Shown piece after piece: positions 27,625 to 37,268 of a stretch of DNA of 64,000 bases. Origin of the DNA: Candidatus Kaiserbacteria bacterium (GTDB taxonomy: Bacteria > Patescibacteriota > Minisyncoccia > Phycocordibacterales > UBA2100). Location: the NCBI GenBank assembly GCA_016186695.1, contig JACPLC010000002.1, positions 31,335 through 95,334 on the forward strand. The letters run 5' to 3'. The first letter of the stretch is position 1. Each line of letters starts with the position of its first letter. Made by a program: the position numbers and the translations under genes. The notes under the pieces were generated by a model, which made no database searches, was not told the DNA's origin, and saw only the letters and a program-made list of their open reading frames with translations.

Positions 27625-30600
27625 TTATGGGCCAGATTTCGACTTTCCGGCTGCTCGTTGAATCAGTGCGTTGAGCTGTGCGCGTATTACATTGATTCTT
27701 GCTTGTATGGCCGCGATTTGTGCCGCAAAAGAGTTACTGGAAACAGAGCCGCCTGAACTGGAACCTCCTTGAGCAGATTGCTGAGATTCAGATGGCCGGG
27801 TCGATTGTTGTTGTGCCGGTCGGTTGTTGCCGCTTCCACCTCCCGAAGAGCTAGGTGGTGGCGAGGATAACGGCGTGCCGGAGATAACTGCCTGTGCAAT
27901 TTGTTGGGGCGTGAGGTTTCCAGAATCAAGGTTGCGACATTCATGCTTTGCACAATATACATCTATTCCTGCAAGCGTAATGCCGGCAACATTTATAAGA
28001 GCGCCATATCCCGTCCACCCATAGAGATATGATGCGGCAGATCCCACAGCAAACAATGATAAATCGACATTTCTCTGTGCTTTATCGGCTTGTATTTCAG
28101 CAGTGCTTTCGTACGAAGAAACAACCCATGCATCATCCACTGATCTCGCTGTCTGCACACCGCTTACGCCTTCGAGAATCGGATAGAAGTAAGTTTCGAT
28201 TCCGGCTCTAGTAATTGTAAGTAGACCACTCGGATCCGAATTCGATATTGGGTTGTCTCCAGCATATGAATAACTATTTAACAGTTGCGGATTTGCGAGT
28301 AGCGTCCTGGCCGGTTTGCCCATGAGTCGCTCGATGTTTGGCGTTCCGATGGCAAGATGTAGAGGGTCTTGACTAAGGAATTGTCCGCGTTCTCCGTCAT
28401 AGTACCTAGCGTTTAGGTATGACAGACCACTTCCTTCGTCGAAGAATTGTCCAATGAATTCTCTGTTGGAGATATCTGTGCCGGAGTCGATTCTTGTACT
28501 GCCATACGGATAGTAGTCGAGCGTCTGCATCACGGCAGTGTTGTTTGCATTGGAGACGATGTTCGTGCTCCCCAGATGATCTGGATGTATATACCGCACT
28601 TCCGCGGTTCCCGTTGCACTGCCGTTCGTGAAGGCCTGATCTATCGTCGAAAGCAACGTATCACTGCTGAATATATACTCGGTCGTGGTCGCGTAGTTAG
28701 TCCCACTTCTCGTGCTTGACGCCACCGAGTACCATTTACTCGCATACGTCGTTGTTGCCGTCGTCGACGCTATCTGATACACCCTCGCCCCGAAGGCGTC
28801 GTAGCCGTAGGTTGTGGTCGAATTGTTGACGCCGAGTGCTGTCAGCCTATTCGCATAGTCCCACAGATACGTTGTCGTCACATTGTCTGTGGTCTTTTGA
28901 GAAAGGTTTCCATTATTGTCATATGAATACGTTGTCGTTGAGACGCCATTTGAAATTTCAGTTACAGCATGGGGATTGGCATAGCTCGTGCCAGAGTAGG
29001 CATACGTGCTGGAGGCCGTCCCGTTCCAGAGAGCCAACATACTCCCGAGCGTGTCGTATTCATACTGCTGCTTGTATGGCAGAGAGTCCGCGGCGGTCGT
29101 CGATGCTTGCAGCAACCTATTCAACGCATCGTACGAGAACACCGTCGTCGCGCTTGAGCTCGCCGCAGCAGGATTCGCGAGCTGTGTGATGTTGCCCGCG
29201 GGATCGTACGTGTATGAGAAATCCTGGACGTTGGAGCTGTTCGCCAATGTTTTTAGGTTCGTCAATCTGTACAGGGCATCGGCGTTGTAGGTGCGCGTGG
29301 TCGAGGCGCCGCTTCCGAAGACTGTCGTGATGGATTGACTCGTCGGCGCATACGTGAGGCTGCTCACGATGTCGCTGAACGATCCGCCTGAAGGTTTGCG
29401 CTGTATTCTGCTCGGCAATCCGGCGTTGTTGTAGCCCACGGTGACGGCTGTGCTGTTCGGGTATGTCCACGAGGTAACATTGCCCTGCCGGTCATACGAG
29501 TATTGCATGTTGTATGCATTGTTTAAGATCGTGGTTGTTGCGGAAAGAATGCGGCCGAGTATGTCGTAGCTATTCGTCGACGTCGCGGACGTCGATGAGG
29601 CGGAGCAAAGGTAGCCGATGCCGTTGGTACAGCTGTCATAGACGAGGGTGACTTCGGTGCCGGAGGCTCCCGTGTAGTTCTCGGTCAGCATGCGGTTGAG
29701 GGCGTCGTATGTGCGGTTCACTGTTTGAGCCTTCGGATCAGTTTGGGACGTGAGATTGCCCTGATGATCGTAGGTGTACGACCAGATGCCGAAGGTCGTG
29801 TCGGTGGCGTTGTGCAGGTCTTGCGCCGAGAGACGCCTGCCGAGGCCATCGTACGTGAAGCCGCGGACATTGCTCCTGCTGTCGGTCGTCGTTGCGAGAT
29901 TATTCTGCACGTCGTACGAATGCGTCGTCGTGGCGAAGACCGGTACCGTTCTCACCTGATTGCCGACACGCGCTTCCACCGCTACCTCGATCCAGTCGCT
30001 GTTCGTGGTATGTGTCCAACCGAGCGATTGAGCGCTGGATGTTGACGTTTTCAGAACGCTCGCGCCATGAGAGAAGTTGTTGGAGCATTGGTTGGTCAGT
30101 TGTTGTATTTGAGGCGAGTTTGCAGTCAGAGTCTGGCTCAAGTTGTACCAGAGATTGTCATCCACGATCGAATTATCACTTTGTGTGGTAATCGAGATTG
30201 AAGGATCGCCCGTTGTGCCGGTATTGAACTTCATTGCCCCGATTGGGTTCACGGTGTCCGTTCCGGTGTACGAGACGGCCGAAACGTACCCACCGCTATT
30301 CGGAGAAAACGTGACAACAACGTTGTTTGAGCCGCTCGTGGGATTAGTTAGGTACCACGTTCCGACTCCTCCTGTTGAAGTGGCGAATGTCATGTCGACG
30401 CCGGCGTACTTCACGGTTGATACAAAGGGAGAATCTATCTGAACAAGTAGCAGCGTCGACGTGGCGCTGACAGTCTTTGAGAGCTCTACAGAGGCCACCG
30501 ATGAGCACATGACAGTATTAGCGGGGCCGTTCGTCCCGGTTTCGATCGATATCGAGGTACCCACCGCTGTCGTCGTCGCGGCGTACAACCCCCGTTCGAC

Positions 30601-33600
30601 GACAGTCGCGAGATTGCCGAATGCGTCATACCAATACACTTTTGTGTTGCCGTTCGGATCGGTCGCCGTCGTTGTCCATTTCGCGTACGAGTTGGTTTTG
30701 GTGCCGACGGCGTTTGCTTCAGACGTGAGACGCTTTAGTGGGTCGTAGAGGTAGTTCGTATAGAGAGCCGTGGTAGCAGTTGGCGTCGTATACGCCGTGC
30801 TAGAGGATGAGTATGGAAGAGTGGACGAAGCGAGAAGTCCCACCTGACTATACTTTCGATCTGTGACGAGGAAGATATTGGAGTCGGGCGATTCTTTGCG
30901 CTCTTGGAACAACCGATTGAATCCATCGAAATACTGGTATGTGTCCACTGTGTTTCCCGGAAAGAGCCAATCGCTTCGCTGAATCGAGCTGGGAGTCGTC
31001 GTGCTGTCGATGTACGTGTAGACAGTGGTCGTCGCGTACGTTGAAGGCGTCGATGTCGAAGACACGTCTACTTCTTTGAGACGCCCGACTCCATCGAATA
31101 CGTTTTTCATCAGTGACTCGTTCGGGTCGTTCTTCCATCGTACTTTTCCGTTTGCATAGTTGTATAGAAGTTGCGTCTTCTGGAGTAGCGCATTCGTGGA
31201 CGTGGCAACGTACAAGTTGTTTGCATCGTAGACATACGACGTTGCGTTGCCATTGCGATCCGTCGAGGTTGCGACAAGGCCGTACGAATTATGCGTCTTG
31301 GTGGAGCTCGCATACATGGTGCCGCTGATCCAGTCTTCCTGCTTCGTGTTGTTGCCGACGTTTACCGACCCGAACGCGAGCGAGTCGTAGTAGAACTTTT
31401 GATCCGTGCTCGTCGCACCGTTGTAGTCGAGGAGCGTCTTTTGGGTAGGTACACTCATGTTCACTGTGCTGCTCGCTGCGTATGATATGTTCGTCGTGCG
31501 TTTGTCCGTTCCACTGTCGGTGAATTCGGCACTGTCCGTATTGCCGCTGACCTCTCCGTACTCGATAGTTTGGATCAGGTCATTCGTAGTCGAGGAGTAA
31601 TGGTAGTCGATCGCTTTGTCGCGGTGGGTGCCGTCCGAGGCATAATCCAGCGTCACCTGCCTACCGAGCCCTATGAACGTGCTATCGCCGTGCTCAACCG
31701 TGTCCCACCGATAGAGCGCGCGCTGTTTGAGATTGTTGGAAGTATCGGAAACGTCTTTGCGCGTAGGTCGGCCGATGCGGGCGAGCGAGTTCTGCCCGTA
31801 GTGTGTCGTGACGATCGAATCGGGATTCGTTACTGTCACCGGTGAAAAGCCGGCGAACCGCCTGTCGCGCACCGTCGTGTTGTACCAGTGCCCGTTCGAG
31901 TATGAATACGTCGTTGTCGCATAGTTGCCGAGACCATCATGGGTCACTGTCGTACTTGCGGCAAGCACTCTGATCGCCGACCCGGGATTCCCGGCCATCT
32001 TGTATGCGATCGCGATGCCGCCGCCTTTGGGATTCGTAACGTTCGTAATCACATCCTGTTGCATTTGCCCGTTGCCATAGAAGTTCACGAACTCGTTGTA
32101 TGCGATCGTGCTCGTTCCCGCGTTGCAGGTTGCTATGTACGCGGGCAATGTGTACCTCGTGCTTGTCGCCCAACCGCTGCCGGTATTGAGGTATACGGCC
32201 TTTACGTCCGCGACTTCGGTGCCGACGCATCCTCCGCCTGATGCGCCGAGGTACGAGCGGACGAGATCCGTGAGACCGTCACCATTCATATCCATGAAGC
32301 GGATACCACGGTCGTAGTAATTGCCGTTCGATAGGTACGTTGTTGATGTGGCGAATGTCCAGTGCGAATCGGGGACGCTGTTCCACCCGCTGCCATTGTT
32401 CAGTAACACATACGTACTGCTTGCGGCGGAATAGACCCAGTCGTCGAGGTTGTCGCCGTTGATATCAACGAGTTGCGACGCGGTTTCCGTGGGCGCAGTC
32501 GAGGGGAACGATTTCGCTGCGGGAAATACCGTTACCGTGCGGTCCCACGCGGATCCGTTGCCGAGGTACGTGGACGTGGCGAGTTCATTGGTGAGCGCCG
32601 TGAGGTAGTCGGGCAAGCCATCGCCGTTCACGTCTCCGAAGAGGCCGCCAGTGAGGTAGAGGCCGCCACTCGTCTTTTTCGCGAAGGTGGGAATGTTTCC
32701 CGTGTAGCTCGTTGACGTTGCCGACCAGCCATACGTGTCAGTGGTAGTCGAATATTGGTTGTTGTAGATGGCGTAATCAGAGGTGCCGGCAGAATCGTCG
32801 ATCCATCCACGCACCGCGTCTGCTTTTCCGTCGCCGTTGATGTCGAGATAGCGCACGCCACGCTCCAGAGGCACCTGATTCGGATATCCCGTACTTGCCC
32901 AGTACTCGGGAGGCGCGTGGCTCGCGTCCGGCACGGCAATAGCGCTTGCCTCGTTGTCGTGCCACATGAAGCCATTGCCCGTCCCGGGCATGAAGAGATT
33001 CACGTCGTTGATCCCGTTGCCGTCGGTGTCTGCGACTGCGTAGTCTGCTCCGTCCACGTTCTGTATCGCCGGTCCGAAGTATTGGGTGGATGAGCTCGCA
33101 TAACTGAATGTCATCGCAGGGAGCGTAACGAGTGTATTGTTGTCGTCGTAGCCCTGCTGCACGATGCTTGTGAGGAGAGAACGAAGGCTGTTGTTTCCAG
33201 TCCCATACCCCAGGAGATACTTTCTGACTGTCGATCCGTTCACTGAAGCATCGATTTCATAAATTCTTTTAGTTGTGGTCGCGGAAAATCCGGATGCGTA
33301 GCTGATGCGAGCGTCGGGCCGCGTCGTCGTTGCAAACGTGATCGTGAACGGCCCGTCGGTCGAGCCCTTACCTGTGTATGTGATCGTATCGGGGTATAGA
33401 GTATTATTATCTCTTAAATATGTGTACTCGATGTAGTTGTCGTTTGTGTCGCGGATCTCTTGGAGCATCCAGCGGTAGGTGTTCGTCGACGTGCCGGTGC
33501 CCGTGTCGTACATCCTGCCGGAATCATCGGAGCCGAACGTGTATCGCGTTCCTCTTTTGTCGTACATCGTCCACGAGGTGGTGGCGAAGGTGTACACGTT

Positions 33601-34707
33601 GAACGACCCGTCATCGACCTTTGCGAGGTACGTACCGGCACTTCCCGAGCTCGCGCTTGGCGCCTTCACCTCTACCGCTATCTCGATCCAAGCGCCGTCA
33701 CCAGCCGAATGTGTCCATCCGAGCGATTGAAGGCCGGAGGATGTCGTCTTCAAGACGCTCGCGCCATGGGAGAAGTTGCCCGAGCAGCTGTCGGTGAGCT
33801 GCTGTATCTGGGGCGAGTTCGCAGTCAATGTTTGAGTCCCATCGTAAAAGACTTGGTCGTCCACTGCCGAGTAGTTGCTCTCCGTCGTGATCAGTACCGA
33901 CGTATTGCCGGTGGAGCCTGTGTTGTACGCCATCGCGCCGATCGGATCCGACGTGTCGGTTCCAGTGTACGAGACGGCAGAAACGTACCCGCCGCTGCTT
34001 TGCGAAAGGTTGACAACCAGATCATTCGTTCCACTCGTCGGGTTTGCGAGATACCATGTCTCAACTCCGCCAGTTGAAGTGGCACGCGTCGTGTTTACAC
34101 CGGCGTACGTCACGCTGGAAATGAAAGGGGTGTCGATGTGCGCAATTAGAAGAGTCGAGGTTGAACTTACAGACTTTGATAGTGAAAATGGGTCCGATGA
34201 CGGCGTGCATCGCATAACTTTCGTCGGTCCATTTGAGTTGGTTTCGATCGAGATGGTTGCCGTTGTCGTTGCTCCGCTTGACGTTGAGCTTGCAACGAGC
34301 TCGCCATCAATCGACGAGGTGAAGTATGGAATCGTGCCGTATAGTTCCTGCGAACCAATCTTGTTGAGGCGTTCGATGTATGGAATGGAAAGCTCCCACC
34401 CGTAGCCGACGATTCCATCTCTCGTGCGCTGGCTGTTGTAATCGAGTGCGATATCCGGTTGGAGGCCGTTACGGCCGGGAAGAATGTCGAGAGGGACGCG
34501 CTGCGTAAATGCTCCGGTGGACCCGTCTATCTTCGGATCCTCCGTTACTGCTGAAAATACCGACGCATTCGGGACTGTTGGCGATCCGTCGCCGAATGCC
34601 GCGAATGCGAGACCAGCCGGTGATATCGAAAAAAGGGAAACAACAAAAACCGCCAGTACGCGGGTGATGCGCCGCAATTCCGCGCCAACGAGATTTCGGC
34701 TTTTCAT
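27625..34707 (-). CDS. Large secreted SpvB / FG-GAP / YD-repeat / RHS-core protein (TcB-TcC-like fusion) with variable C-terminal tip
   Basis: Signal peptide (..GLAFA); SpvB-like PGRNGLQP..YNS..GYGWEL; DxNGDG repeats; RRFAGF; many YD repeats; core HPDHLGS..YYPYG..ARYYD..FLSQDP..NPISNSDPSG; start at MKSRN preferred (34776 alternative). Confidence 0.93.
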   Translation of the reverse strand: MKSRNLVGAELRRITRVLAVFVVSLFSISPAGLAFAAFGDGSPTVPNASVFSAVTEDPKIDGSTGAFTQRVPLDILPGRNGLQPDIALDYNSQRTRDGIVGYGWELSIPYIERLNKIGSQELYGTIPYFTSSIDGELVASSTSSGATTTATISIETNSNGPTKVMRCTPSSDPFSLSKSVSSTSTLLIAHIDTPFISSVTYAGVNTTRATSTGGVETWYLANPTSGTNDLVVNLSQSSGGYVSAVSYTGTDTSDPIGAMAYNTGSTGNTSVLITTESNYSAVDDQVFYDGTQTLTANSPQIQQLTDSCSGNFSHGASVLKTTSSGLQSLGWTHSAGDGAWIEIAVEVKAPSASSGSAGTYLAKVDDGSFNVYTFATTSWTMYDKRGTRYTFGSDDSGRMYDTGTGTSTNTYRWMLQEIRDTNDNYIEYTYLRDNNTLYPDTITYTGKGSTDGPFTITFATTTRPDARISYASGFSATTTKRIYEIDASVNGSTVRKYLLGYGTGNNSLRSLLTSIVQQGYDDNNTLVTLPAMTFSYASSSTQYFGPAIQNVDGADYAVADTDGNGINDVNLFMPGTGNGFMWHDNEASAIAVPDASHAPPEYWASTGYPNQVPLERGVRYLDINGDGKADAVRGWIDDSAGTSDYAIYNNQYSTTTDTYGWSATSTSYTGNIPTFAKKTSGGLYLTGGLFGDVNGDGLPDYLTALTNELATSTYLGNGSAWDRTVTVFPAAKSFPSTAPTETASQLVDINGDNLDDWVYSAASSTYVLLNNGSGWNSVPDSHWTFATSTTYLSNGNYYDRGIRFMDMNGDGLTDLVRSYLGASGGGCVGTEVADVKAVYLNTGSGWATSTRYTLPAYIATCNAGTSTIAYNEFVNFYGNGQMQQDVITNVTNPKGGGIAIAYKMAGNPGSAIRVLAASTTVTHDGLGNYATTTYSYSNGHWYNTTVRDRRFAGFSPVTVTNPDSIVTTHYGQNSLARIGRPTRKDVSDTSNNLKQRALYRWDTVEHGDSTFIGLGRQVTLDYASDGTHRDKAIDYHYSSTTNDLIQTIEYGEVSGNTDSAEFTDSGTDKRTTNISYAASSTVNMSVPTQKTLLDYNGATSTDQKFYYDSLAFGSVNVGNNTKQEDWISGTMYASSTKTHNSYGLVATSTDRNGNATSYVYDANNLYVATSTNALLQKTQLLYNYANGKVRWKNDPNESLMKNVFDGVGRLKEVDVSSTSTPSTYATTTVYTYIDSTTTPSSIQRSDWLFPGNTVDTYQYFDGFNRLFQERKESPDSNIFLVTDRKYSQVGLLASSTLPYSSSSTAYTTPTATTALYTNYLYDPLKRLTSEANAVGTKTNSYAKWTTTATDPNGNTKVYWYDAFGNLATVVERGLYAATTTAVGTSISIETGTNGPANTVMCSSVASVELSKTVSATSTLLLVQIDSPFVSTVKYAGVDMTFATSTGGVGTWYLTNPTSGSNNVVVTFSPNSGGYVSAVSYTGTDTVNPIGAMKFNTGTTGDPSISITTQSDNSIVDDNLWYNLSQTLTANSPQIQQLTNQCSNNFSHGASVLKTSTSSAQSLGWTHTTNSDWIEVAVEARVGNQVRTVPVFATTTHSYDVQNNLATTTDSRSNVRGFTYDGLGRRLSAQDLHNATDTTFGIWSYTYDHQGNLTSQTDPKAQTVNRTYDALNRMLTENYTGASGTEVTLVYDSCTNGIGYLCSASSTSATSTNSYDILGRILSATTTILNNAYNMQYSYDRQGNVTSWTYPNSTAVTVGYNNAGLPSRIQRKPSGGSFSDIVSSLTYAPTSQSITTVFGSGASTTRTYNADALYRLTNLKTLANSSNVQDFSYTYDPAGNITQLANPAAASSSATTVFSYDALNRLLQASTTAADSLPYKQQYEYDTLGSMLALWNGTASSTYAYSGTSYANPHAVTEISNGVSTTTYSYDNNGNLSQKTTDNVTTTYLWDYANRLTALGVNNSTTTYGYDAFGARVYQIASTTATTTYASKWYSVASSTRSGTNYATTTEYIFSSDTLLSTIDQAFTNGSATGTAEVRYIHPDHLGSTNIVSNANNTAVMQTLDYYPYGSTRIDSGTDISNREFIGQFFDEGSGLSYLNARYYDGERGQFLSQDPLHLAIGTPNIERLMGKPARTLLANPQLLNSYSYAGDNPISNSDPSGLLTITRAGIETYFYPILEGVSGVQTARSVDDAWVVSSYESTAEIQADKAQRNVDLSLFAVGSAASYLYGWTGYGALINVAGITLAGIDVYCAKHECRNLDSGNLTPQQIAQAVISGTPLSSPPPSSSGGGSGNNRPAQQQSTRPSESQQSAQGGSSSGGSVSSNSFAAQIAAIQARINVIRAQLNALIQRAAGKSKSGP
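28841..29196. repeat. Direct repeat copy B (inside RHS gene) of 26905-27267
   Basis: Same sequence match as copy A. Confidence 0.9.
29968..30552 (-). repeat. Inserted ~195-aa domain, copy 2, within RHS protein
   Basis: ISIETGTNGP...WYLTNPTSGSN...SGGYVSAVSYTGTDT...NFSHGASVLKT...WIEVAVE matches copy 1. Confidence 0.9.
33664..34254 (-). repeat. Inserted ~195-aa domain, copy 1, within RHS protein
   Basis: ISIETNSNGP...WYLANPTSGTN...SGGYVSAVSYTGTDT...NFSHGASVLKT...WIEIAVE. Confidence 0.9.
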
Positions 34708-35054
34708 GAAAGATCTTTCTACGCGCGCGAGTATATAACGACTTCTCGAGCCGTGATTTGAGAAAATCGAGCCCATTTTCTTTATTTCTGTTAATTACCT
34801 GTGAATTGCAAATTCAGAACTTGGCGAGAGCAAAATCGGGCAATTTGGAATTCTTCCAGATCGTGTGCGACGAGATGAAGTCTCGGCTGGCCGAGATGTA
34901 CTTAGGGTGCAAAAACTGAAATGAGACAAAGTTGCTGTGCATAGGCGCGCTGGTTTTCCACAGGACTTGCCTTAGCGGTATTTCAATGTTTTGTCTGGAA
35001 AAACAACATTCTATAAAGCGGGCTTCGGTCTACGTGCTATCATTCGCCCGTTTT

Positions 35055-36005
35055 ATGGACAAGCCCGCTGTGTGCTCATTGTGTAAAGCAGCAAGCCCGC
35101 GTGCGACCGGTCGCACGCATACAGATGGTCTGCAGTACACGCAATATAGTTGTGCCTCGTGCGGCGTGCAGTTTTGGTGGCCCCTGAAAAATCCGGGCTC
35201 CGCGTGGTATAGCGCGCACGCGACGTATGGCGCACGCAACCACGATCCGGTTTGGGGGCCGACGTGGAACCATAAGAAGACGCTTCGATTATTGAGCGAT
35301 CAGCAGGGAAGGGTGCTCGATGTGGGCTGCGGCATCGGCAACTTTCTCGAGCTTGCTGTGAGCCGCGGATGGGAGTGTGCAGGCATCGACATCGATCCTG
35401 ATGCCATCGAAGCCACAAGACAAAAGACGGGCATAGCCGATCTCGAAGTCGTCGACGTCGTATCGTACGCCAAACAACATCCGGAAAAGAAATTTGATCT
35501 CGTGACCTTTTTCGATGTGCTCGAGCACATCGACAATCACAACGAATTTATCGAGTCGGTTAAGAGTCTTTTAAAACCGGACGGATACGTCGCGATGAGC
35601 ATGCCCTACCGTGAACACGCGCCATGGCTCATGAAGGGCGATCTTCCTCCCGCGCACCTGACGAATTGGGACCGCACATCGCTCAAGCGTTTTCTGGAAG
35701 CGCGCGGCTTCGAGGTCGTCTACCTCCGGCGCGGCGCGGCCGAGCTCTGGACGCTCGTTATGAAAATGCGCTTCAAGTATGGAAAGAATCTTTCGTTCGA
35801 TGCGGTGCGCGCGGTACGAAGATCTGTCGGCGATACACAAGTGCGGCAAGGCAAGCGGCCGCTCCTTGTGCGTATCGTCCACGCGCTTGCGAAGGTGAAA
35901 GACGCGGTGCTCTTTGGCATTCCTGCAATAGTTGTCTGGCTCTACATGCTTCCGTCGCGCCGTCGCTACTACGACCTCTTTGCCGTTGCTCGCAAACGTT
36001 CGTAG
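35055..36005 (+). CDS. Class I SAM-dependent methyltransferase with N-terminal CxxC...CxxC
   Basis: CSLC/CASC, VLDVGCGIG, FDVLEH, PPAHL. Confidence 0.88.
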   Translation: MDKPAVCSLCKAASPRATGRTHTDGLQYTQYSCASCGVQFWWPLKNPGSAWYSAHATYGARNHDPVWGPTWNHKKTLRLLSDQQGRVLDVGCGIGNFLELAVSRGWECAGIDIDPDAIEATRQKTGIADLEVVDVVSYAKQHPEKKFDLVTFFDVLEHIDNHNEFIESVKSLLKPDGYVAMSMPYREHAPWLMKGDLPPAHLTNWDRTSLKRFLEARGFEVVYLRRGAAELWTLVMKMRFKYGKNLSFDAVRAVRRSVGDTQVRQGKRPLLVRIVHALAKVKDAVLFGIPAIVVWLYMLPSRRRYYDLFAVARKRS

Positions 36006-36023
36006 GGTAGAGTAATCATATTC

Positions 36024-37268
36024 ATGCACTACGCGCCTTGGATGCGTTTGGTCGAGCGGTATGTGGGCTCACTGACGTGCTTTTTCTTTACGCTCATCCA
36101 CAGGCTCCGACCGACGCCGAAAGATAAGACGGTGAGGAAAATCCTTGTGATCGAGCTTGTCGAAATGGGGGCAGCGGTGATGGCATATTCCTCGCTCCGA
36201 TATATAAAAGACAAAATTCCCGACGCCGAGATCCACGCACTCTGTCTCGCGAGCAAAAAGGATTCGTGGCAGATGCTCGACCTGATCGGGGAGGGGAATG
36301 TGCACGTCATCGACGATACGAGCCTTCGCGCGCTGTTTTTTTCTATCGTCGCACAGACGCAAGCGCTCTCCAAAAAGAAGTTCGATCTCATCATCGATTT
36401 TGAACTCTTCTTGCGCATCTCGGCCATCATCGCATTCCTCATTCGCGCAAAGTTTCGTGCAGGCTACTTTCGCTACACGATGGAAGGAATGTACCGCGGC
36501 GATTTTTATGACATCCGCTGCAATTTCAACCAAAACATGCATATCGCCAAGAATCACCTCGCGCTCACCAAGTCCGCCGTCGGCTTGAGTGGGGGTTACT
36601 ACAACTATGCAGGCAGGATCGAGAAAAGTGAGATCGTGGTGCCGTCGTACAAGTCTGATGCCAGTTTGAGGCAACTCGTTCGTGAGCGTCTCAAAGCGCT
36701 CGGACATAGAGGTGAGCCTTTAATCGTCGTCGCGCCGACAGTAGGAAGAGCGCTCTCGATACGCGACTATCCAAAGGAGTTGTATGTGGAGGCCATACGC
36801 AAACTTCTTGCGGCGTTTCCGGTGCACACGGTGGTTCTCGCAGGCACTGAAGAGCATCGCGCCACGTGTGAGTACGTGCGGAGCAGCGTGGGCGGGCGAT
36901 GTCTCAATATGGTGGGAGAGACTCGCACGCTTGCCGAACTTATCGAACTCTTCGGCATGGCAGAGCTTCTCATAAGCAACGACAGCGGAAACCCACACTT
37001 TGCTGCGATGGTGGGGCTTCCGACGCTCGCCATCTTCGGACCCGAAACGCCGTTCTTATACGGCCCCTTAGGAAAAGCAGTGTGTCTCTACGAATTTTTC
37101 CACACGAGCCCGAGCATCACCGCGTACAACCACAAAAATCCGCCTGTCTTGGTAGACCCCTCGCTTCGGCGTATTTCTCCGGAGCGGATCGCCGACATGG
37201 CACGGATCCTTCTTTCCGGCAAAGCGAAATATGGAACTGTTAACAACGAGATACCATACCTTGTATGA
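36024..37268 (+). CDS. Glycosyltransferase family 9 (heptosyltransferase-like)
   Basis: ILVIELVEMGAAV, LISNDSGNPHFAAMVGLPTLAIFGP. Confidence 0.9.
   Translation: MHYAPWMRLVERYVGSLTCFFFTLIHRLRPTPKDKTVRKILVIELVEMGAAVMAYSSLRYIKDKIPDAEIHALCLASKKDSWQMLDLIGEGNVHVIDDTSLRALFFSIVAQTQALSKKKFDLIIDFELFLRISAIIAFLIRAKFRAGYFRYTMEGMYRGDFYDIRCNFNQNMHIAKNHLALTKSAVGLSGGYYNYAGRIEKSEIVVPSYKSDASLRQLVRERLKALGHRGEPLIVVAPTVGRALSIRDYPKELYVEAIRKLLAAFPVHTVVLAGTEEHRATCEYVRSSVGGRCLNMVGETRTLAELIELFGMAELLISNDSGNPHFAAMVGLPTLAIFGPETPFLYGPLGKAVCLYEFFHTSPSITAYNHKNPPVLVDPSLRRISPERIADMARILLSGKAKYGTVNNEIPYLV

Noticed and set aside
26905-29196. RHS duplication as a DGR template/variable repeat pair
   Set aside because: Differences include T/C third-position changes and are not adenine-specific; no reverse transcriptase in the window
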